Assembly: GCA_030141605.1 (NCBI GenBank)
Contig: JAQGDQ010000285.1
Coordinates: 198,002 to 262,001, forward strand
Source: Tubiluchus corallicola
Lineage: Eukaryota; Animalia; Priapulida
DNA length: 64,000 bases
Reading direction: 5' to 3'
The notes beneath the pieces were generated by a model. The model was given only the letters and a program-made list of their open reading frames with translations, was not told where the DNA came from and made no database searches. Position numbers and translations under genes: made by a program. Within the stretch, counting starts at the first letter, position 1. Each line of letters starts with the position of its first letter. Below are positions 30,001 through 42,000 of the stretch, in pieces.

Positions 30001-33000
30001 TAGCTGAGCTAGCTTACCTTGCAATTGCTTTATTTTAGGAGTAACACTAGTTACATTACCACCTGGAGTTACTCGAGCACCAGATGCTACCTTACCTCCA
30101 GGAGTAACTCTTCCTCCTGGAGTTACATTGCCGCCAGGTGTAGATATAGTGACAGAGGCACCAGAGGAGACACTACCACCAGAAGTAACTCTTCCGCCAG
30201 GTGTAACTTTACCACCTGGTGTGACGCTTGTCACACTACCCCCAGGAGTTACTCGTGCACCAGATGCTACATTGCCTCCAGGAGTTACACTTCCTCCAGG
30301 TGTAACCCTGCCACCAGGTGTAGATATAGTAACAGAGGCACCAGAGGAGACACTGCCACCAGAAATAACTCTTCCGCCAGGCGTAACTTTACCACCTGGT
30401 GTGACACTTGTCACACTACCCCCAGGAGTTACTCGTGCACCAGATGCTACATTGCCTCCAGGAGTTACACTTCCTCCAGGGGTAACCCTGCCACCAGGTG
30501 TAGATATAGTAACAGAGGCACCAGAGGAGACACTGCCACCAGAAGTAACTCTTCCACCAGGAGTAACATTACCGCCAGGTAGACCAGTGATTATATCTAA
30601 ACCATACCATTTTTCTTTGTTTCGTTTTAATTTCTGTGCATCTTTTATGGATGATATAATAGTTATTTCAGTCTTTTATACAATTTGATTTATTCTTATG
30701 TTGTTTACACTTTGTTTTGGTTTCATGTCATATAATTTTTTTTCGTTGCATTTGTTATTATATACGTTATATGCTGGTACACAGTTTTTATTTTGATGTT
30801 TTTTGATTTTGGCTCTTTTTGTTTTTTGTTGCTTCTTAGCTGAGCTAGCTTATTTGCAATTGCTTTATTTTAGGAGTAACACTAGTTACATTACCACCTG
30901 GAGTTACTCGAGCACCAGATGCTACCTTACCTCCAGGAGTAACTCTTCCTCCTGGAGTTACATTGCCGCCAGGTGTAGATATAGTAACAGAGGCACCAGA
31001 GGAGACACTGCCTCCAGAAGTAACCCTTCCACCTGGTGTGACTTTGCCACCAGGGGTGACGCTTGTCACGTTACCCCCAGGAGTTACTCGAGCACCAGAT
31101 GCTACATTACCTCCAGGAGTAACTCTTCCTCCTGGAATTACATTGCCGCCAGGTGTAGATATAGTGACAGAGGCACCAGAGGAGACACTACCACCAGAAG
31201 TAACTCTTCCGCCAGGTGTAACTTTACCACCTGGTGTGATGCTTGTCACACTACCCCCAGGAGTTACTCGTGCACCAGATGCTACATTGCCTCCAGGAGT
31301 TACACTTCCTCCAGGGATAACCCTGCCACCAGGTGTAGATATAGTAACAGAGGCACCAGAGGAGACACTTCCACCAGAAGTAACTCTTCCGCCAGGCGTA
31401 ACTTTACCACCTGGTGTGACGCTTGTCACACTACCCCCAGGAGTTACTCGTGCACCAGATGCTACATTGCCTCCAGGAGTTACACTACCTCCAGGGGTGA
31501 CCTTGCCTCCAGGTGTAGATATAGTAACAGAGGCACCAGAGGAGACACTGCCACCAGAAGTAACTCTTCCGCCAGGTGTAACTTTACCACCTGGTGTGAC
31601 GCTTGTCACACTACCCCCAGGAGTTACTCGTGCACCAGATGCTACATTGCCTCCAGGAGTAACTCTTCCTCCAGGGGTAACCCTGCCACCAGGTGTAGAT
31701 ATAGTAACAGAGGCACCAGAGGAGACACTTCCCCCAGAAGTAACCCTTCCACCGGGTGTTACTCTACCCCCAGGTGTAACACTTGTTACACTACCACCTG
31801 GAGTTACTAGATCTCCAGATGCTACACTGCCTCCAGGAGTGACACTTCCTCCAGGAATAACCCTGCCTCCTGGTGTAGATATAGTAACTGAGGCACCGGA
31901 AGAGACACTTCCACCAGAAGTAACCCTTCCACCAGGAGTAACATTACCACCAGGTAGACCTGTAATTATACCTACGTAATATATTCCATCTTCTTTTTGT
32001 TTTATTTGAATTTTTTGTTCAACTCTTATAATTGCTTGGGTTTGTTAAATACTTTGAATTATCATTTATTGTCTTTTATTTTTGTTGCATACTATATACT
32101 TTTCCGTGCATGTATTCATTTTGTTATTGTATATATTATATGATGTACACAAGCACGGGTTTTATTTTGAATTATTTTGATCTTGGCATTTTTGTAGCTT
32201 TTGGTTGAATTTATTTTGCAATCCATTGATTTAGGAGTAACTCTCGTTACATTACCACCCGGTGTTACTCGAGCGCCAGATGCTACTTTACCTCCAGGTG
32301 TAACACTGCCTCCAGGAGTTACATTACCTCCAGGCGTAGATATAGTAACTGAGGCACCAGAGGAAACACTGCCACCAGAAGTAACTCTTCCACCAGGTGT
32401 AACTCTGCCGCCAGGTAGCCTCTTTATTGTTAAGCTGCTGAGATTTTTCTTGTAGATTTTTCTTTACTATTTATGTTCGAAGTATTAATTTTATACCATT
32501 TCTGTTTTACCTGATTTCAGTTTATTTATATGCATATTTATACTTCTTTAAAATCTTTATTATTGTTGTAATATTTAATTTGAAATTAATTTTAATTTAC
32601 CTTTTATTTTAACATTAATTTTTAATTTTCTTTGTTTGTCATTGTTACACTTACTCCCCATTTGGAGAAATAAAATTATTTTTAGGGGTAACGCTTGTGA
32701 CATTGCCTCCGGGGGTAACTCGTCCTCCAGATGCTACCTTACCTCCAGGTGTAACACTGCCTCCTGGAGTTACATTACCGCCTGATGTAGTTATAGTAAC
32801 TGAGCCACCGGAGGAGACACTTCCACCAGAAACACCAGGTGTAACGCCAGGTGAGAAGACTTTGAAATCAGCCAGGGCTTAACTTTTTTGCCTTATTGGC
32901 AAATGACATTTTCACATTATCCTACTTGCTTTTATACAGAAAACCACATAAAATGCTCAAAAAGTACTATTGTGCTAGGCTGTGGTAGATCATCACAACT

Positions 33001-36000
33001 TAGCTTTCTAAACACCAATTTTTTGCCAAATAGAGTCTGTTGTGCCACACGCAATTAACAACGCAAAAGCCACAAAATACAGGTAATCCAAAGTGAGTAT
33101 GAGACTAGCCAAGCCCTAACTATTATGCTTACCCAACCTGTAGAAATCAAGCGATTTGTTTTTCAAGGTGCTGAGTACTAAACTTTCATATCAGTTATGT
33201 TTAATTTATTTTACTTTTTTACACCATTACTTACGTGAAAACAATTTTTTACATCAAATCATCATGGCTTGTAGTCTGAATTATGTGAATTGGAGCCACT
33301 ACCAAATACAGTTGACTTATTACACATTCAAAGCAATCAAAATCAAATGCAATTAATATTACACAAAACATGATGAGGACCTTTTATTTTATTTTGAATT
33401 ATATTTGGTAATACAACATGGTGAGTTTATTAAAATTTAGAATCTTGTTACAAGAATGACTTGGACAGTTTACCGATTTAACTTGCAGCAGAATTTGCTC
33501 ATGTTAGATTTTCATTCGTTATCTGTGTGATTGTACCTTTACCTTTCTGTTGTCTTTTGTCATCTACTGGTTTAACTTATGCTTTACATTCTTGTTCATT
33601 TCTAGGTCGCTTACACATTTGCCTCAATATTTCGAATGAAAACACTTTTTTATATATTATAAGTTGCTTTCTGACAAAGGTTTCTTTCCTTTGTTTTTAT
33701 GTAGCTACTTTTTGATGCTCAATCATAGTAACGTATGTGCAGTAGCAAGTTTGCTTGTGTCTTATGTGCGTTTATTGCAAAATAGTGCGTCGTTACAAGC
33801 CTACTTGATGTGCAGTGATTACGCATCTTTCCAAGCGTTCGTTAAGGCAGTCAGTTTCTGTATACATAGCAATAATGACCTTTAACAGCTATTATTGCAC
33901 ATGTCAATCTTGCAAATTCCTTTACAGTTCAACTTAATGTTTAGGAATAAAATGTAACGCATAATTCAGTTTAGGCCATGAGAATGTTTTGCTGTTTTCG
34001 TTGTTTGTTTAAGTGACTGGTAAGCTTTCTGTAACTCCAACTTGTACACATCTTACACATGCTTTTAATTACTGGTACATTTTGGAGGGAAAAATATTCA
34101 GAATATTCTTAAGGTCTTTAATTTCTCATTATAATTATTAATTCGTGCCTATTCATTAGACTATAGGTAAAATAGTTTTGTGCCTTAAGTAAATATCATA
34201 TAAATAAATATATTTAAAATGTAGTTTAAAATGTTAGAATGTAAAATAGTTATAGTTTTTAGGTCGATTTTAGATTTGTCTTTAGGTAAGTTTTGTTGAA
34301 ATAACTTGCAGGCGTTACTTCAGCAGAAACTGATGCTTTTGCACTGAGATCCACTAGAACTACATTTTTTCTGCAAACAGACACCACTCCTATGATAAGT
34401 TACACTACAGAAATTCATCCTGAAACTACAGTAATCGAAAGTACAACTCCAGTAACAACACCGGTTAGTGCAACATCACCAACTCGTGAAACTACGATGT
34501 CAATTACAACCCCACAGACAACTGCAGCAGTTGATACAACTTCACCTGCAGAAACCACTATATCTCCGGAAACTACTCCAGCTGTAGCTGTTACTACCCC
34601 ACAAACTACTGTAGCAGTTGATACAACTTCATCTGCAGAAACCACTGTATCTCCGGAAACTTCTCCAGCTGAAGTGATTACTACCCCGCAAACAACTGTA
34701 GCAATTGATACAACTTCACCTGCAGAAACAACTGTATTTCCAGAAACTACTCCAGCTGAAGCTGTTACTACCCCACAAACAACTGTAGCAGTTGATACAA
34801 CTTCACCTCCAGAAACAACTGTATTTCCAGAAACTACTCCAGCTGAAGTTGTTACTACCCCGCAAACAACTGTAGCAGTTGATACAACTTCACCTGCAGA
34901 AACAACTGTATTTCCAGAAACTACTCCAGCAGAAGTTGTTACTACCCCACAAACAACTGTAGCAATTGATACAACTTCACCTGCAGAAACAACTGTATTT
35001 CCAGAAACTACTCCAGCTGAAGTTGTTACTACCCCACAAACAACTGTAGCAGTTGATACAACTTCACCTGCAGAAACAACTGTGTCTCCGGAAACTACTC
35101 CAGCAGAAGTTGTTACTACCCCACAAACAACTGCAGCAGTTGATACAACTTCACCTGCAGAAACAACTGTGTCTCCGGAAACTACTCCAGCAGAAGTTGT
35201 TACTACCCCACAAACAACTGCAGCAGTTGATACAACTTCACCTGCAGAAACAACTGTGTCTCCGGAAACTACTCCAGCTGAAGTTGTTACTACCCCACAA
35301 ACAACTGCAGCAGTTGATACAACTTCACCTGCAGAAACAACTGTGTCTCCGGAAACTACTCCAGCTGAAGTTGTTACTACCCCACAAACAACTGCAGCAG
35401 TTGATACAACTTCACCTGCAGAAACAACTGTGTCTCCGGAAACTACTCCAGCTGAAGTTGTTACTACCCCACAAACAACTGCAGCAGTTGATACAACTTC
35501 ACCTGCAGAAACAACTGTGTCTCCGGAAACTACTCCAGCAGAAGTTGTTACTACCCCACCAACAACTGTAGCAGTTGATACAACTTCACCTGCAGAAACA
35601 ACCTTGTCTCCGGAAACTACTCCAGCTGCAATTGTTACTACCCCGCAAACAACTGCAGCAGTTGATACAACTTCATCTGCAGAAACAACCGTGTCTCCGG
35701 AAACTACTCCAGTAGAAGTTGTTACTACCCCACAAACAACTGCAGCAGTTGATAAAACTTCACCTGCAGAAACAACTGCGTCTCCTGAAACTACTCCAGC
35801 TGAAGTTGTTACTACCCCACCAACAACTGTAGCAGTTGATACAACTTCACCTGCAGAAACAACTGTGTCTCCGGAAACTACTCCAACTGAAGTTGTTACT
35901 ACCCCACCAACAACTGTAGCAGTTGATACAACTTTACCTGCATCAACAACAGTATCTCCGGAAACTACTCCAGCTGAAGTTGTTACTACCCCAGCAGTTG

Positions 36001-39000
36001 ATACAACTTCACCTGCAGAAACAACTGTGTCCCTTGAGACTACTCCAGTTGAAGTTGTTACTACCCCAGCAGTTGATACAACTTCACCTGCAGAAACAAC
36101 TGTGTCCCTTGAGACTACTCCAGTTGAAGTTGTTACTACCCCAGCAGTTGATACAACTTCACCTGCAGAAACAACTGTGTCCCTTGAGACTACTCCAGTT
36201 GAAGTTGTTACTACCCCAGCAGTTGATACAACTTCACCTGCAGAAACAACTGTGTCCCTTGAGACTACTCCAGTTGAAGTTGTTACTACCCCAGCAGTTG
36301 ATACAACTTCACCTGCAGAAACAACTGTGTCCCTTGAGACTACTCCAGTTGAAGTTGTTACTACCCCAGCAGTTGATACAACTTCACCTGCAGAAACAAC
36401 TGTGTCCCTTGAGACTACTCCAGTTGAAGTTGTTACTACCCCAGCAGTTGATACAACTTTGGTGTTGTTGTGGTTGTTTGGTTGTTTTGGGGTTGAGCAG
36501 TTGATACAACTTCACCTGCAGAAACAACTGTGTCTCCTGAAACTAGTCCAGCTGAAGTTGTTACTACCCCACAAACAACTGTAGCAGTTGATACAACTTC
36601 ACCTGCAGAAACAACTGTGTCTCCTGAAACTAGTCCAGCTGAAGTTGTTACTACCCCACAAACAACTGTAGCAGTTGATACAACTTCACCTGCAGAAACA
36701 ACCGTGTCTCCGGAAACTACTCCAGCTGAAGTTGTTACTACCCAAGCAGTTGATACAACTTCACCTGCAGAAACAACTGTGTCCCTTGAGACTACTCCAG
36801 TTGAAGTTGTTACTACCCAAGCAGTTGATACAACTTCACCCGTAGAAACAACTGTGCCTCCTGAAACTACTCCAGCTGCAGCTATTACAATTCCACAGAC
36901 AACTGCAGCAGTTGACACAACTTCACCTGCAGAAACAACCGTGCCTCCTGAAACTGCTCCAACAGCACCAGTTAATGTGACAGAAGAGACTATTGGACCA
37001 GCTACACCAGCATTACTTTTTCTCAGTACTGCAGATATGCCAGCAGGTGATGTTACATGCATGAACCGAGCATGACCACCCAGCATGATAATCACTAACT
37101 TACTATAATTTCCCCCGTTGACCCTTACATAACTTTGTCTTTTGCGATGCATGCTGTTTACACACCTGAATATAATTGATTAAACCTCTTGTTGTTAACA
37201 TTAAATTTCGTTTCAGTAAGTAAGCATTAGGCTAATATTTGATGGTATTTATTGGACGTGTGATATTTTTGTGACACTGTGCTTGTACAAAGTTGTCATA
37301 TGGCACCAGGAATTAAGAGCTCCAGTGCATGAGGAGTTTATGCATCTAGTAACCATATGAAAAGCCTGTGTTGCTGTGTGCTTGCCACTTGATTAAGCCA
37401 TACTGCAGTGCTTAACTATGGTGGCGAGAATTTCTTTCCGATAGCAATAATAAAGCCATTTGGCTAATTCATTATTCCTCCATAGTGCTCGCTATCATGA
37501 AAGTGTGATGGTGATCGCATCCATATTTGCTACAACTTTGCTGTAATAAAACAATAGTTTTCTAGCATACTTACCCAGGCTACTAAGGTTTCCAAATGAT
37601 TAGTTTTGACATTTAAATTAACTATAGAACAAAATAAGAAGAACGATTTAGTTTGGTCTTATAGATTAATTATAATATTAATTGCCGAATGGCAATGAAT
37701 GAAATTAGTTCAGAAAAACATACAAATTCCTTTATTTCTATTGTAGTTTATGTTATGTGATACTTTTATATTGACCTGCATGTATGCACTGTATGCCAGC
37801 TAATTTGCTTAATTTAATATGCTATTTTTTAATCAGCCTAATTATTTATTTAAACTATTTTGCAGTTAAATTTAAGTGCATGGCATGTATTTCATGAATT
37901 ATTTTCGAAATTAGCAGTTAATGCTATAGTGAACTCACATTTATCATTAAATTTTTGAAACCAGCTTGATCTAAAAGAATAAAATTTTAAAGGATCACAC
38001 CTGGCCCTGGATTTAGGCAATGTTCAGTTAATGTTACAGTCTCTTATGATTAAAAATGCCCCCCTAATTTTATCTGCTATTCAGAAGTGCCAGTTTAGTG
38101 ATTGACATATGAGTTTTGTCAGCTGAATATTATAGGTGGAACACACCATGCAAAATCTCTGTGCAACAAGTTTTCTGCATCAGATTTATGTGTACAGTAA
38201 ATTTGTTTTACCCTCTTTGCTGCACTCGGTTTTTTTTTATTATATTTGCTTTGTTTTCTGTCTGACACAGTTTGTCTGAACCAGATCAGACCAATAAAAA
38301 GCTATTTTTCTCGTGCATGATGTATTAATTATTTAATGGGTTTACCAAAACTCCCAGACTATTGCTTTATATCAAAATTGCCATGTGCGGGCAAATTTTG
38401 CGAGGTGGTTGGTGTCAGACAGTTTAATTGTTGCAGGCAGATTTTTCATAATAAACTATGTGGTCTACAAAATAATGAACTTATATTCCAGAAGTCTTCC
38501 TTTGTTTTTCCAAGTTTGGTTTTATCGATTTAATAATAACTGTGCAGATTTAATTGAGTTTTTTATGAAGCCTGTTTTCAGTTATTTTGCATTCTAACAA
38601 TGCTCTGCATTAGCTGGCATTTACATTATTTTATTTACATTTACAGAAACAGCTTTTATTTTGCATGACTTACAGACAAATTAATGAAAATGATCTTAAT
38701 TTTATTTATATATACTGTGCTAAATTTTTGACAAAGATTTTTTTGTGACAGTCTTTTGTCTTTCAGTTGCTCAAATAGATTGATATAGTTGAAAAAGCTT
38801 CCGCTAATTTCTTTACAAAAGTTGTTCTTGTTTTTTCCATTTTTTTATTCATTTATATTTCTTGTTAATTATATCATTTGTAGTGAGGTTTTTCAATTAT
38901 TCTTTTTTTGCAATTGTCACGCTAGATGTCTCTTTCGCAGCATATAGCAACAATTACCTTTCATTTTGCTTTATCTGAAATAGTGTACGTTATTATAGCA

Positions 39001-42000
39001 GCATGCTTATACATTGGTTTTCTGAGCATAGTTTTTTAATATTTAATAATGACTATCGTAAATATTCGTTTTGGTTGACTGACAAGTCAAAAAAGTGTGC
39101 CATATAAAATTTTTCACTTCCAGTTAAATAGTACATACCTTGCCGTATGATTTTCCTTCAATCATTAGCACCCCAATTGTGTTTTTTTAACTTTCTCTTA
39201 TTTAGCAAGTATGAGCAACCCTAACGTTTGATGTCCTAGAGAAGCATTGCAAAATAATTTACAAAATATCATTTTGTTGAAAATATAATAGCATGTCTTT
39301 CTTGAATATGAATTGGAATGCAGTTTTGTAACTGTTATTAAAAATACCTTAAACCTACCATCAAATGTTAAACATTTAGTGTTGCATTTTTTCTATATTA
39401 TCTCTTTTTTGTTCATATTAGACTAGTTTGTTATGTTTTTTGTTTTTAATTTAACTTTGTTTATTTATAGAAACAACACCTGCAGTTGAAACAACACCTA
39501 GCAAAACCACTCCAGGTACTGATTAATTTTGCTCTAAGTTTTGTTGTAGCTAGTCTGCCCTGTCTGTGTCTACTGTAAATCTTTTAAATTTTAAAGTTAG
39601 GGATTCCTGTGATAGTTGTTTAATTCAGACAGTTGCTTTTAGTGGTAAATTATCAAGCCCATTCCTAACTGTCAAGAATGGCTCTTGGTGCTGTTGTAAC
39701 ACATGTTTTTTGTAACACATTCCGAAATGAACTAAAATTTTTCGCTACCTACTACAACATACCACCTATTTTACTACTACATAATGTCGGACACAAAGTT
39801 TACCGCCGTCTCATCTGTAAGACTACTGACTTCATTTGTGTACAGCTTGGTCTGCCGGTTATTATTAGCATTCAGTTATCTTTGGTTATTTATTTGTTTA
39901 CTTCTCTTTTAGAAATTACTTAAGCTAATTTTTTGCTTGACTTTTTTCACAGCAGTAACAACACCTGTTACACCAGCTGTTACAACTCCTGCAGAAACAA
40001 CACCAGGTAGTTGTTACATTTGTTTTTTGTACTGGTTATTGTTAATACTCAATTATCTTTGGTTATTTTTCTTTTTCATTTGTTTTTTTTAAATTAATTA
40101 AGCTAACTGTTGTTTTTGTTTGATTTTTTTATGCAGCAGTTACGCCACCTGTCACACCAGCTGTTACAACTCCTGAAGAAACAACACCTGGTAATGTTAC
40201 ATTTATGTTTTAATGTCAGTTTTTGTTAAAGTGCTTGGTTTCTTTTATTGTTTTTTATAAAAAAGTTTGTTTGTCAGCTAGTTAACATTTGAAATTGGAC
40301 CTACTTTGCCAGTTTTCAAAAAAAAACTTTGTACTTGAATGCGGCGGCAGGCGACAAGGAAGAACGCTTTCAATTTTGTGCAGTTTGGGACATTCGGGAG
40401 AAATGGGCAAAAAATTGCCCTAAACTGGCATTTTCTCCCATTTTTCACAATACTTGACAAACATTGTGTAGAAAAATGTTCATGATGCACTTGATGTAGG
40501 TCTTGGAAAGAGTTTTATTCCTCTTTGGAGAGAGGAGGAACTGGGCTATAAGATAGGTTAGTTTTTCGAAGCATGTCTAGTAGTATGAATTACAGTGAGT
40601 TATTTCCACGTTCTATTATGGGGAAGCTATAATAAAACTTACCAATTGTTGCGAAGTCATCAGTTATGCTCTGTCTATAACCTCTGCTCAGTATGTGTTA
40701 AATACGTTGTATTTTAATGGTTCGAGTAAGACATCGAAACAGTTACTTCTGTGTAAGCAGCTGTCTTCTGTCTAACCAAGCAGCTGTGTAACAGTAATGG
40801 TAATTTTGTCGTCATCATTTATGCCCTGTCTATAAGCTTTGCTTCGTATATATGTAAATATGCTGTACTTAAAGCTTCAAGTAAAATGTCAAACAATCTT
40901 ATTTTTTGACTTCTTAACCAAGTGGCCGTGTAGTTCATTAAAGTATCGTAAACTCGCAAAGTAAGGTCCACACTCTACTGAATCTCTCCTACGCTCTTCT
41001 GGTCATTAATGCACTTATATCTCTTTTTGTTGTTATTTTATTTGCTTCGTTTTTTGTTTGCTTCTTTTTGAGTAAGTTACTTGAGTTGATTATGTACTTG
41101 TTTTAATTTTTCCGCAGCTGTAACACCAAGAGTTACACCAGCAGTTACAACTCCTGAAGAAACAACACCAGGTAGTGTTACCAGTTATTGTTAGTGCCCT
41201 AGTTATCTTTGGTTCTTTATTTGTATTTTGGAAATTATGTAAGCATATTTTTTGCTTGATTTTTTTTCGTAGCAGTAACACCACATGTTACAACAGCTGT
41301 TACTCGGTAACTCCTGAAGAAACTACACCAGGTCGTTGTTACATTTGTGGTTTAGTGTCAGGTTTTGATAATGTGCAAGTATCTTTGTTTGTTTTTCTTT
41401 TAATTTGTTTTTATTAAACAACAATTATTTAAATTTATTAATTAACAAAACTTATTGTTTCCTTATTTTTATTTTATGTTTGATTTTGTAGAAGCTAAAT
41501 GATTGAGTTACGTTTTTTAATTTTTCCATAGCCATAACACCACGAGTTACACCAGCTATTACAACTCCTGAAGAAACAACACCAGGTAGAGTTGCATTTG
41601 AGTTTTAGTACTGCTTGTTTTATTGTGCTGTTATCTCTATTTTTTGTTTTTTGTTTGGTTTGTTGTTTGTTTGGTTGGTTGTTTTTATAGAAATCAATTA
41701 AGTTAATTATTATTTGTTTCAATTTTTTCACAGCAGTAACACCACCTGTCACACCAGCTGTTACAACTCCTGAAGAAACAACACCAGGTAGCTTTACACT
41801 TATGTTTTTTTGTACCAGTTATTGTTTGGACTCAATTATCTTTGGTTGTTTTTTTCATTTGTCTTTTTAATTAATTAAGCTAACTGTTGTTTTTGTTTGA
41901 CTTTGTTATGCAGCTGTAACACCGCCTGTCACACCAGCTGTTACAACTCCTGAGGAAACAACACCAGGTAATGTCATATTTATGTTTTAGTGTCAGTTTT

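Larger units (their letters stand above)
15917..32850 (+). repeat. Coding tandem array: about 60 x 180-bp unit interleaved with paralogous ~270-330-bp T-rich introns
   Basis: Unit [60 protein letters not shown] read directly from the ORF track. Confidence 0.97.

Noticed and set aside
16657-31609. Long minus-strand ORFs ([11 protein letters not shown]...) and alternate-frame plus ORFs ([13 protein letters not shown]...)
   Set aside because: Shadow frames of the low-complexity repeat. Variation falls on third positions of the TLPPGV frame and splice sites fit only that frame; the RGD motifs in the shadow frame are incidental.
35053-36504. Leu/Gln-rich ORFs ([17 protein letters not shown]...)
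   Set aside because: Alternate frame of the Thr mucin repeat.
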